A stretch of 63,974 nucleotides of DNA, the filler included, from Actinomycetota bacterium (lineage in GTDB: Bacteria; Actinomycetota; CADDZG01; JAHWKV01; JAOPZY01), in assembly GCA_025963875.1 (NCBI GenBank). It is 8 parts of 8 records of this genome, joined end to end, with 100 filler letters (N's around TTAATTAATTAA, not from the genome) between each part and the next. Parts side by side here need not be neighbours in the genome. Positions count along the whole stretch, not along the records: positions 37,380 to 44,617 come from JAOPZY010000224.1; positions 44,718 to 61,119 come from JAOPZY010000255.1; 6 more parts are not named here. One strand, written 5' to 3'. The notes under the pieces were generated by a model that saw only the letters and a program-made list of their open reading frames with translations, was not told the DNA's origin and did not search any database. The translations under genes were made by a program, and so were the position numbers. Of the stretch, positions 39,740-48,479 are shown in pieces. Position 1 is the stretch's first letter; each line of letters opens with the position of its first letter.

Positions 39740-40083
39740 TGAGTACACTTCTCGTCGCATTCTCGCTGATAGACGTCATCCTGCTGGTCGGCGTTCTGCT
39801 CATCTACCTGAACTGGGTAGCCGGCCTCCTGCAGAAGATCGACGATGGGCTGGCCACCACCGTGGACATGGTGGTCCAGATCGTCGGCCACGCCGAGCCG
39901 ATCGTGCCGGGTCTCCAGCAGATCAACCGGACGCTCGGGATCATCTCCGGGGCGCTCCCCCTGCTCTACCGCCTCGCGGAGCGGATCGAGGGTGTGGCCG
40001 CCGGCCGCATCGCCACCGGCTCCAACACCGCAGGCACGATGAGCGGCACCGGCAACTACACGGGGGTTGCCGGCATCAAGTAA
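39739..40083 (+). CDS. Hypothetical single-TM + helical protein 5 (114 aa)
   Basis: TM ending YL, HAEPIVPG..INRT..I.GALPLLY..AE. Confidence 0.8.
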   Translation: MSTLLVAFSLIDVILLVGVLLIYLNWVAGLLQKIDDGLATTVDMVVQIVGHAEPIVPGLQQINRTLGIISGALPLLYRLAERIEGVAAGRIATGSNTAGTMSGTGNYTGVAGIK

Positions 40084-40358
40084 CTGGCTTCAGGAAGTAA
40101 GTCGAGCTGGGGCAGTGGGGTTTGCGGTAGCGGTTGCGTTTCACAGGTCGACGTGGACGGATCACGAGGTGGGGAGCCGGTGACGGCCAGGGCTCGGGGG
40201 GCCCGGTCGGCATCTCGGCTGCGGGGCCCACCTCTGGCTCCGGCACTTTGCAGGACGGCACCAGGTTTGTTCCCTATGTGGGGCGTTTCGGGATCCGGGA
40301 TGGTTCGATCGGGCCGGGTCCCTACAAGAGGAAGGTGAAGGGGGTCAAGTTGGAGCGT

Positions 40359-40931
40359 ATGCGCAGGCTCATGAAGACCGAGGGGGGCCAGGGAGCAGTC
40401 GGCCTCGTCGTGGTCGTCGTGGCAGTTGTTGTGTCGTTCTACCTTCTGTTCAGGACCGTTCGAGTGGCCGACCGGATCAACGCCAAGGCCTCGACGATCC
40501 AATCGGGTGCCACCAGCATCAAGGGTGACACCTCCGTTATCGGGCAGCTCACGCACACGAACGACGTCGCGTCGTCGATTCTGAAGACCGCTGGCGGCGC
40601 CGCACCCGACGGCAGCCAGTCGCTGCAGGCCAAGCTGAACACGATCATCGCCACGGCCAAGTCCATCGACAACTTCGCGGTGTCCGTCAACGGCACGGCG
40701 ACCGCCATCAACGGCACGGCCCACGCCATCAACGGCACGGCAGCTTCTATCCTCAACACCGCCAACGCCATCAACGGTGACGCGACGGCGATCAAGGCTG
40801 GACTGGACCAGGCAGTCACGCAGGCAGGACTGATCCTTGGCGACGCAGACACCATCAAGGGCGAGGCGCGGTCCATCCGCACGTCCACGTGCAACATCGA
40901 CAAGGCCACCGCGCAGAAGTGCAGCGGGTAG
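40359..40931 (+). CDS. Membrane-anchored heptad-repeat protein 6
   Basis: EGGQ + TM; tandem (A/S)INGTAx heptads; two C-terminal Cys. Confidence 0.8.
   Translation: MRRLMKTEGGQGAVGLVVVVVAVVVSFYLLFRTVRVADRINAKASTIQSGATSIKGDTSVIGQLTHTNDVASSILKTAGGAAPDGSQSLQAKLNTIIATAKSIDNFAVSVNGTATAINGTAHAINGTAASILNTANAINGDATAIKAGLDQAVTQAGLILGDADTIKGEARSIRTSTCNIDKATAQKCSG
40686..40790 (+). repeat. Imperfect 21-nt tandem repeat encoding INGTA heptads
   Basis: TCAACGGCACGGC occurs three times at 21-nt spacing, followed by degenerate copies. Confidence 0.8.
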
Positions 40932-40983
40932 GCCTCAGCCTCCCGATGTCAAGACGAGCTACGGATAAGAAGGAGAACTGAGG

Positions 40984-41610
40984 ATGGCGCAGCGTCCAGC
41001 AGCATATGCACCGGACATCGCCGCTCCACTGATGAGCGCGAACCGGTGGCTGAAAGTGTGGGTTTCCATCGGGGTCCTCGTGGTCCTGGTGGTCATCGGC
41101 TTCCTGCTCGGCATCATTTCGGCCCTTGAGGCCATCGACAGGTCACTCGGCACCACGACGGGCAACGTGACCGGCATCAACGGCGACGTGAACCCGCTGC
41201 CAGGTCACGTGGCGAACATCAACGGCACCCTGGAGAAGATCGACGCCTCGCTGAAGCCCATCCCGGCCCAGGCAGACGCGATCATCGGCTCACTGACCGA
41301 CATCAACTCGCAGCTGACCACGATCGACCCGTCCCTGAAGGACACCGAGGGCACCCTGGTCACCACCGAGTCGGGCCTGAACGCCATCGAAGGCGTCCTG
41401 GTCAACATCGAGAACCCGGTCGCCCGAGGCATCCTGAGCGACGTCGGCCAGATCGTGGGCGACGGCAGCAAGGGCCTCATCGCTATCCAGAACGACCTGG
41501 TCGACGCAAAGACCAACCTGAACAGCAACGGCAACATCCAGGCCCACGCATCCGACATCTGCAACAGCACCGCCATCAGGCTGCTGGGTGGCAACCTGCC
41601 CTGCGGCTAG
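40984..41610 (+). CDS. Membrane-anchored heptad-repeat protein 7
   Basis: TM then I/L heptads rich in N/T/D; two C-terminal Cys. Confidence 0.8.
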   Translation: MAQRPAAYAPDIAAPLMSANRWLKVWVSIGVLVVLVVIGFLLGIISALEAIDRSLGTTTGNVTGINGDVNPLPGHVANINGTLEKIDASLKPIPAQADAIIGSLTDINSQLTTIDPSLKDTEGTLVTTESGLNAIEGVLVNIENPVARGILSDVGQIVGDGSKGLIAIQNDLVDAKTNLNSNGNIQAHASDICNSTAIRLLGGNLPCG

Positions 41611-41641
41611 AGACAGCTAAGCGCCTTCAAGGAGGAAATGC

Positions 41642-42247
41642 ATGAGAGGCTTTCGCAACGGTGAACGGGGGCAGGCGGGTATCGCCCTCATCATCGTGAT
41701 CGCCTGGGCGCTGTCTGCGGTGCTGATCCTGACCCGGACGCTGGTGGCTGCGCAGGAGATCAACAACAAGGTGACGGACATCACATCCAAGCTGGCGGGC
41801 GCCAAGGGGGACACCTCCTACGTCTCGCAGCTGAACAAGACGGAGAACACGGCGAACTCGATCCTCCAGGCTGCCCAGCCGCTCACGGGCCAGCTTGAGA
41901 TCGTGAAGAACACGGCGGCCCACATCCAGACGCAGGTGGATGGGATCACCCCGCCGGTGGTGGACATCAACAAGACGGTGCACGTGATCCATGACCAGGT
42001 CGGCTCGATCCTGGCGACGGCTCAGAGCATCAACGGCACGCTGACCGCGATTCGCAACACGCAGTCGAGCGTGATCCTGACCGACGTGGTGAACATCAAG
42101 GCCGACACGTCGTCGATCATCCAGAACGTCCACACGATCGACGCCAACCTGTGCCACGCGAACTACGGGGTCGCACTGGGAATTCTCAGCGCCGGCCACG
42201 GTGGCGACCCGGGGTGCAACAACAACACGATTCACCCTGCGGCCTAG
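41642..42247 (+). CDS. Membrane-anchored heptad-repeat protein 8, paralog of protein 6
   Basis: AAGGAGG RBS; ERGQ + TM; RT...IN.K...I...KGDTS...QL..T...A.SIL shared with protein 6; two C-terminal Cys. Confidence 0.8.
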   Translation: MRGFRNGERGQAGIALIIVIAWALSAVLILTRTLVAAQEINNKVTDITSKLAGAKGDTSYVSQLNKTENTANSILQAAQPLTGQLEIVKNTAAHIQTQVDGITPPVVDINKTVHVIHDQVGSILATAQSINGTLTAIRNTQSSVILTDVVNIKADTSSIIQNVHTIDANLCHANYGVALGILSAGHGGDPGCNNNTIHPAA

Positions 42248-42270
42248 TTCGTCCGCCGGGACCCGCTTCT

Positions 42271-42298
42271 CCAGCACCCCCCACGAGGGGGGTGCTGG
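42271..42298 (+). terminator. Hairpin after the eight-gene membrane cluster
   Basis: CCAGCACCCCCC-ACGA-GGGGGGTGCTGG, perfect 12-bp stem. Confidence 0.65.
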
Positions 42299-42379
42299 CG
42301 TTGTGGGGAGGTTAGGTGTCTATCGCGCACATGCGCGCGGTAGCGGACTAACATCGGCCTCCCGCAGTATCTTGAGCCC

Positions 42380-42991
42380 GTGATCTCGGGCATCGTGCTG
42401 GCTGCTGGTACGTCGTCCCGGCTCGGCCAGCCCAAGCAGCTCATGGACCTCGGGGGACGGCCGGTCCTCCAGTACGTCCTGGAGGCGGGGGCCGCGGCGG
42501 GGCTGGATGAGCTGGTCGTCGTCCTGGGGCACCGGGCGGAGGACGTGGCGGCTGCGCTCAGCCTTCCGCCCGCCGCCAGGACGGTCGTGAACCCCGACTA
42601 CGCCACGGGCCAGGCGAGCTCGATGCGAACGGGGCTGGCCGCCGCCTCCCCCTCGGCCCAGGCGGCGTTGCTGCTCCTGGGCGACCAGCCAGCGATGCGC
42701 CCCGCCGACATCCGGGCCGTCGTAGACGCCTACCGGTCCGGCGCGGGCCCGATCGTCCAGGGCAGCTATCGCGGCGAGCCCGGCCACCCCGTGCTGTTCG
42801 ACCGGAGCGTATGGCCGGACCTGCTCGCCGTCGAGGGGGACCGGGGGGCCCGGGATGTGATCAAGGCCCACCCCGACTGGGTGACGCGGGTCGACCTGAA
42901 CGCGGACCTCCCGCCCGACCTTGACACGATGGACGACTACGAACGTATGAAGCAGTTGGGCGATGACGGCCCCCTTCAGCGCCTTCTTTGA
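42380..42991 (+). CDS. mocA: Molybdenum cofactor cytidylyltransferase-like nucleotidyltransferase (MocA family)
   Basis: LAAGTSSRLGQPKQL, NPDYATGQASS, LGDQP, GHPVLF, GDRGAR, DLDT. Confidence 0.8.
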   Translation: MISGIVLAAGTSSRLGQPKQLMDLGGRPVLQYVLEAGAAAGLDELVVVLGHRAEDVAAALSLPPAARTVVNPDYATGQASSMRTGLAAASPSAQAALLLLGDQPAMRPADIRAVVDAYRSGAGPIVQGSYRGEPGHPVLFDRSVWPDLLAVEGDRGARDVIKAHPDWVTRVDLNADLPPDLDTMDDYERMKQLGDDGPLQRLL

Positions 42992-43073
42992 GTGCTGAGC
43001 AATGCATATGCGTGTTCATCACCCAAAGAAGGTTGCAGGGCGTCCAGGGAGCCGGTGTCGTTCGGCACGGGTC

Positions 43074-43304
43074 CTAGCGGCCCTGGAGGGCCTGCTCGAT
43101 CTCCCGGTACTCGGGATGGCGCTTCGTGGCCTTCTTGGAGAACACCAGGTCGCCGTCGACCATCACCTCGAAGACCCCGCCGCCGGAGGGGATCAGGGTC
43201 AACTCGGTGATGTCGCGGGGGCGGTCCGCAAGGAGCTTGGCCGCCAGACCGACGGCCCTGTCCGTGTAATTTCAGACGACGCAGTATTCGATGCTGATCT
43301 TCAC
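43074..43304 (-). CDS. SelW/SelT/SelH (Rdx) family selenoprotein, 76 aa, Sec at codon 11
   Basis: Manual translation MKISIEYCVV-U(TGA 43272-43274)-NYTDRAVGLAAKL...LIPSGGGVFEVMVDGDLVFSKKATKRHPE; GGGGGAG RBS. Confidence 0.9.
43239..43257 (-). promoter_or_regulatory. Bacterial SECIS element
   Basis: mRNA hairpin GGCCGUC-GGUCU-GGCGGCC starting 14 nt after the UGA; GGUCU as in the E. coli fdhF SECIS apical region. Confidence 0.75.
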
Positions 43305-43365
43305 AGCTCCCCCCTTTCGCCTCGGCCGGTGGGCGGGTTGTCCTCCCATCCATCGTACCGGGCTG

Positions 43366-44589
43366 CTAGAGGGCGGTGACCTCGTAGCCGTCGTCCTCGA
43401 GCCGGGCGATCAACTCTTTGATGTGGTCCGGCCCCCGGAGCTCGACCTGGATCGACACCTCGACGTCGCCGAGGCTGGAGTGCAGCACGCCCTCACGCCG
43501 GTGCTCGATGCCGACGACGTTGACGCCCACCTCCGCGATGGCGCCCGACAGACGCTGTAGCTCGCCGGGGCGGTCTCTGAGCCGGGTGCGGAAGGAGAAG
43601 TAGCGTCCGGCCGACGTCATGCCGAAGCGGATCACCCGGAGCAGCAGCAGCGGGTCGATGTTGCCGCCCGAGAGGATCACGACGGCGGGGAAGGTGATCG
43701 GGGAACGCCGCCGCATGGCTCCCGCCACGCCCACGGCCGCCGCCGGCTCGACCAGCAGCCGGGCACGCTCGGTCATGAGCAGCAGTCCCTCGGCGATCTC
43801 GCCCTCGGTGACGGTCACGACATCGTCCACCAGCGCGCGGACATGCTCGAACGTGAGGTCCCCGGCCCGCTTGGCCGCGAGGCCGTCGGCGATGGTGGAG
43901 ATCTCGGGGAGCGTCACCACCTCGCCGGCCTCGAGGGAGCCGGTAAGCGTCGCTGCGCCGACCGGCTCGACGCCGATGATCCGCAGATCGGGCCGCAGGG
44001 CCTTGGCCGCCGCAGCGATGCCCGACACGAGGCCCCCGCCCCCGATGGGCACGATGATCGACTTCACATCGGGCACCTGCTCCAGGATCTCCAGCGTGAT
44101 CGTCCCCTGCCCGGCGATGACGTCGCGGTGGTCGAAGGGGTGCACCATCACCGCACCGGTCTGCTCAGCGAACTCCCGGGCTGCGGCATGGGACTCGTCG
44201 TAGATCGAGCCCTCGAGCACGACCTTGGCGCCGTACTTGCCCGTCGCCTCCACCTTGGGCAGCGGCGCCCCCGCGGGCATGAACACCGTGGAGGTGACGC
44301 CGAGCAGCGATGCCCCGAGGGCGACGCCCTGGGCATGGTTCCCGGCGCTGGCGGCAACGACGCCCCGGGCACGCTCCTCGGGCGACAGGTTCGCAATTCG
44401 GTTGTAGGCTCCCCTGATCTTGAAGGAACCGGTGCGCTGGAGGTTCTCGCACTTGAGCAGGGTGGTACCTCCGGCCATTCTCGACAGAATCCGTGACGGC
44501 CACACCGGTGTCCGCAGGCACACCTCCTCCAGGCGCCTGCCTGCTTCCCGGATCTCGTCCAGGGTCACGAACTCACCCGTCGATGTCAT
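43366..44589 (-). CDS. ilvA: Threonine ammonia-lyase with C-terminal ACT domain
   Basis: KCENLQRTGSFKIRGA, ASAGNHAQG, GGGGL, SGGNID, DRPGEL. Confidence 0.92.
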   Translation of the reverse strand: MTSTGEFVTLDEIREAGRRLEEVCLRTPVWPSRILSRMAGGTTLLKCENLQRTGSFKIRGAYNRIANLSPEERARGVVAASAGNHAQGVALGASLLGVTSTVFMPAGAPLPKVEATGKYGAKVVLEGSIYDESHAAAREFAEQTGAVMVHPFDHRDVIAGQGTITLEILEQVPDVKSIIVPIGGGGLVSGIAAAAKALRPDLRIIGVEPVGAATLTGSLEAGEVVTLPEISTIADGLAAKRAGDLTFEHVRALVDDVVTVTEGEIAEGLLLMTERARLLVEPAAAVGVAGAMRRRSPITFPAVVILSGGNIDPLLLLRVIRFGMTSAGRYFSFRTRLRDRPGELQRLSGAIAEVGVNVVGIEHRREGVLHSSLGDVEVSIQVELRGPDHIKELIARLEDDGYEVTAL

Positions 44590-44717
44590 GCGGGGATTCT
44601 GCCATCTCCTGGCGGTANNNNNNNNNNNNNNNNNNNNNNNNNNNNNNNNNNNNNNNNNNNNTTAATTAATTAANNNNNNNNNNNNNNNNNNNNNNNNNNN
44701 NNNNNNNNNNNNNNNNN

Positions 44718-45985
44718 ACGAGGTCCCCTTCCGGAACGGCCGTCTGCTCCCGCGTTCCAAGGTCCCGCACGGTGACGATCCCCTGCTCCTTCTCCTTCGG
44801 CCCCCGCAGCACCGCGTAGGGGATGCCACGAGACGAGGCATAGCCAAGCTGCTCCCCCATCCGCTCCCCCCCGAGGTACACCTCGGCCGGGATGCCGGCT
44901 GCCCGCAGCGCCGAGGCCGTCGCAAGCGCCTCGGGCCTGGCGTCGGCGTCCCACACGGCCAGGAACACCTTGGCGGGCGAGACGACGCCCTCCTCGCCCC
45001 GGCTAACCAGTGGGATGATCCGCTCGATCCCGAGGGACCCTCCGACCGCGGGAATCGACCGGCCGGCGAACATGCCCACCAGGTCGTCGTAGCGGCCCCC
45101 GGACGAGATCGCCGAGGTCGAGCCTTCGACATAGACCTCGAAGATCGGCCCGGTGTAGTAGCTGAGCCCCCGGGCAAGCACCGGCGAGAACTGGATCACG
45201 CCCTCGCGCAGCAGGGGACCTGCGAGGTCGATGAGCCGGTCGACCTCGTCGAGACCGCTTCGTCCCGTGTCCGAGGCGCCCAGGCGATGCCGCAGATCCT
45301 CCTCCGGCCCTGCGACCCCCGCCAGCAGGGGTGCAACGTCCGCCAGCCCCCGCCCCCGCAACTCCTCCGCAACCCCGGCCTCGCCGATCTTGTCGAACTT
45401 GTCGAGAGCAATCAGGACGTCCGCCTCGCGGGCCGGGTCGATCCCGTACGACTCGATCAGGCCCCGAAGGACCTTGCGGGAGTTGAGCCGCACCTCGAAG
45501 CCCTTCAGCCCTACGGCCGCAAGGGCATCGGTCAGCACGAGGATGGTCTCGGCGTCGGCCAGGCCGAACTCCGGCCCGACGACGTCGATGTCGCACTGGT
45601 AGAACTCCCGGAACCTTCCCCGCCCTGGCCGGTCCGCCCGCCACACCGGCGCGACCTGGTAGCGCTTGAAGATCCTGCCCGTGCGGCCCTGGTATTCGGC
45701 GACCACCCTGGCCAGCGGCACCGTGAGGTCGTAGCGAAGGGCAAGGTCCGCCTCTTCCCCGGCCCTTTTCCCCCTCTGGGCGATTTGGAAGATCAGCCGG
45801 TCGCCTTCCTCGCCGTACTTGCCCTGCAGGATCTCCAGCCGTTCGATGGCGGGCGTCTCGAGCGGGGCGAAGCCGTAGGACTCGAAGATGTCCCGCACCG
45901 TGGACAGGACCTTCTCGCGCGCCTTCACCTCGGCGGGCAGGAAGTCCCGCATCCCCGACGGCGGCCTGGTGTTGGGCGGCTCCAT
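44718..45985 (-). CDS. hisS: Histidine--tRNA ligase (3' end cut)
   Basis: GMRDFLP, LRYDLTVP, WRADRP..GRFREFYQCD, RGLSYYTG, GGRYD. Confidence 0.95.
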
Positions 45986-46002
45986 GCGTGCTGCGGCGGG
46001 CG

Positions 46003-46674
46003 CTACGAGCCCGCCTCGGCGACCGGGGAAAGGTCGATGAGCCGGGACAGCTCGAAGCGGATACGGGACCCACCGCGGGGCAGGCCCTCGAAGCCTCGCC
46101 AGAGCAGGGTCAACAGGTACGTGACGACGGCCGACCGTTCCAGGAACTTGGTCTCCAGCCACCACGCCACTACCGACTCGACGCCGCCGAGCAGGACATG
46201 GGCGTAGACGGGGGCGCCCTCGGGAGAAAGGTCCGCCTCCTTCAGCACCACGCCGATGGTGTCGGCCAGCCCGTCGGCGATGGTGCTGCGGACCTCCTTG
46301 AGGCGGTCGACGATGCCGGGGTCGAGCTCGGCGGAGGTCTCCGCCAGCAGGTGGAAGGCCTCGGGGTTCTCCTCGGCGAAGCGGAGGTACGCGTCGATGC
46401 CACGCCGCAGTGCGTCGAGGGGGGCCTCCGCCTTGCCCATGGCCTCCCCCAGCCTGCGCATCATCGACTGGAGATGATCGTCGAGCACCTCCATGTAGAT
46501 CTCTGCCTTGCCGCCGGGGAAGTGGCGGTAGAGCATCGGCTTGGTGACCCCGGCCCGGTGGACGATCTCGGACACCTCGGTCTTGCGGTAACCCTTCTCG
46601 CCGAAGACCTCGGTCGCGGCAAGCAGCAGGCGCAGGCGCCGCTCGTCTCGGGAAAGCCGCATTCGCATGGGCAT
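46003..46674 (-). CDS. TetR family regulator, candidate fatty-acid synthesis regulator
   Basis: RLSRDERR..LL.AA.EVF, AGVTKPMLYRHF. Confidence 0.9.
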   Translation of the reverse strand: MPMRMRLSRDERRLRLLLAATEVFGEKGYRKTEVSEIVHRAGVTKPMLYRHFPGGKAEIYMEVLDDHLQSMMRRLGEAMGKAEAPLDALRRGIDAYLRFAEENPEAFHLLAETSAELDPGIVDRLKEVRSTIADGLADTIGVVLKEADLSPEGAPVYAHVLLGGVESVVAWWLETKFLERSAVVTYLLTLLWRGFEGLPRGGSRIRFELSRLIDLSPVAEAGS

Positions 46675-46675
46675 A

Positions 46676-46693
46676 AAGTTACCTTAGGTAACC
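46676..46693. promoter_or_regulatory. Palindromic operator, copy 1
   Basis: AAGTTACCTTAGGTAACC, abutting the TetR start. Confidence 0.7.
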
Positions 46694-46737
46694 GGTAATA
46701 ACTCATTACCCGGCGTCGGTCTGATGTATAAGGGGGG

Positions 46738-47286
46738 ATGGACAAGCTTCCGGCCAAAGTCCAGCAGCTCCCCGCGAAAGTCCAGCGCGCCGCCAAGTGG
46801 AGCGAGTCGGCGTATCGGGAAGTCTACTCCCGGTACATCAAACCGGTGAACGCGTACATCCTCCGCCGCGTCCGCAACCACCACGACGCCGAGGACCTGA
46901 CGGCCCAGGTGTTCGTCCAGGCCCTCGACCATCTCGACCCGGAAAAGGCGGGCACGGACGAGGTGGCCTCGTGGCTGTTCACGTCGGCCAGGAACGCCAC
47001 GGCCAATCACACCCGCCGGCGGCGCTACGTCGTCTCGGTGGAGGAGATCCCGGAGCCCGCCGACGAGTCGGAGGACCCGGGCGAGTCTGTGCTCGACGAC
47101 GAGGTGCTCAGCCGGGTGCTCGAGGCCATCAGCCACCTCCCGGAGGAGCGCCGCAAAGCGCTCATCCTGCGCTTCGTCGAGCAGCTCCCGCACGCGGAAA
47201 TCGCCGAGATGCTCGGCCGGACGGAGACCTCGGCGCGGGTCCTGCTGCACCGGACCATCGCCCATCTGCGCCGCGAAGTGTCGTAA
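46738..47286 (+). CDS. ECF RNA polymerase sigma factor
   Basis: DAEDLTAQVF, WLFTSARN, LPEERRKALILRF, EIAEMLG. Confidence 0.92.
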   Translation: MDKLPAKVQQLPAKVQRAAKWSESAYREVYSRYIKPVNAYILRRVRNHHDAEDLTAQVFVQALDHLDPEKAGTDEVASWLFTSARNATANHTRRRRYVVSVEEIPEPADESEDPGESVLDDEVLSRVLEAISHLPEERRKALILRFVEQLPHAEIAEMLGRTETSARVLLHRTIAHLRREVS

Positions 47287-47357
47287 AGGAGGGAAAGTTC
47301 TCCCTCCCGCTTCGCGACGCTTTGGACGTTCGTACACCCGGAAAACCACGTCCGTGG

Positions 47358-47375
47358 AAGTTACTTGAGGTAACC
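47358..47375. promoter_or_regulatory. Palindromic operator, copy 2
   Basis: AAGTTACTTGAGGTAACC, 100 nt upstream of fabD; 16/18 identical to copy 1. Confidence 0.7.
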
Positions 47376-47475
47376 CGTAACACTTCGGCCACGCGCGTGT
47401 CGTATTGAGTATGAAATCCAACCAGAGGTCTGCGGTACGCGTTTTTGCACATCGCGGCGACATCCAGGTGACCAC

Positions 47476-48459
47476 ATGATCGGCTGGATGTTTCCCGGCC
47501 AGGGGTCGCAGCGACCCGGCATGGCCGGGGCCCTCGAAGCCTGCGGGGAGCTGCTCGAGATCGCCGGTCAGATCCTCGACGCCGACCTTGCCCGCGTGTG
47601 CACGGCGGTGCCCAACGGCAGTTCCCGAGGGACCTTCCCCGCCGACCTCCTGCAACCCGCCCTCTACGTCACCGCCACCGGCGCCAGTCGCGCCCTGTCG
47701 AGCCGGGGCTTGTGCCCCGACGCCGTCCTGGGCCACAGCCTCGGCGAATACGCCGCCCTCACCGCTGCGGGGGCGCTCGCCTTCGGGGACGGCCTGCGGC
47801 TGGTTTCGCTGCGGGGCAAGGCCATGCTGAACGCCGCCCGGCGCAACCCGGGTGGGATGGCCGCGGTGATCGGCCTCGACACGTCGGTCATCAAGGAAAT
47901 CTGCGACCGCATCGACGGTGTATGGGTGGCCAACCTGAACAGCCCGAACCAGACGGTCATGTCCGGCACCGACGAGGCGCTGGCGCAGGCTGCCGAGGCC
48001 TGCAAGGAGGCCGGCGCCAAGCGGGTGGTTCGTTTGGAGGTGCCGATTCCGGGTCACTCTCCCTTAATGGAGGCCGCCGCGCTTGAGGTTGAGGCACTCC
48101 TTGCCGATATTCAGGTGAAAGAACCAATCTGCCCGTTCTATTCGTGTGTGGACACCGGACCCCACACGAACCCGGCGGAAATCAAGGCCCTGCTGGTCGC
48201 AGCGATGACGTCGTCGGTGCGCTTCTTCGAAACGCTGACGGCCATGCAGGCCGGCGGGGTCACCTCCCTGGTGGAGGTCGGTCCTGCCCGGGTCCTGTGC
48301 GGCCTGGCCCGAACCTCGGTGCCGGACCTTCCGACGGCGTCGGTGGGCAGCGACGCGGACGCCGAGGCATTCCGCCTTGCGGCCACCGAGGAAGCCACGG
48401 AGAAGACGGATGCCGCGGGCGAGCCGAAGCCGGCAGAGCGCGTTGCCGTCGACGACTGA
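47476..48459 (+). CDS. fabD: Malonyl-CoA:ACP transacylase
   Basis: FPGQGSQ, GHSLGE, AN.NSP.Q.V.SG, HSPLM. Confidence 0.92.
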   Translation: MIGWMFPGQGSQRPGMAGALEACGELLEIAGQILDADLARVCTAVPNGSSRGTFPADLLQPALYVTATGASRALSSRGLCPDAVLGHSLGEYAALTAAGALAFGDGLRLVSLRGKAMLNAARRNPGGMAAVIGLDTSVIKEICDRIDGVWVANLNSPNQTVMSGTDEALAQAAEACKEAGAKRVVRLEVPIPGHSPLMEAAALEVEALLADIQVKEPICPFYSCVDTGPHTNPAEIKALLVAAMTSSVRFFETLTAMQAGGVTSLVEVGPARVLCGLARTSVPDLPTASVGSDADAEAFRLAATEEATEKTDAAGEPKPAERVAVDD

Positions 48460-48479
48460 TGTAGGAGCGATCTACCCCG

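Noticed and set aside
40359..42247. Heptad proteins as chemoreceptors, phage tail fibres or WXG100 substrates
   Set aside because: No MCP signalling hairpin motif, no phage genes, no WxG motif and no T7SS genes on the contig.
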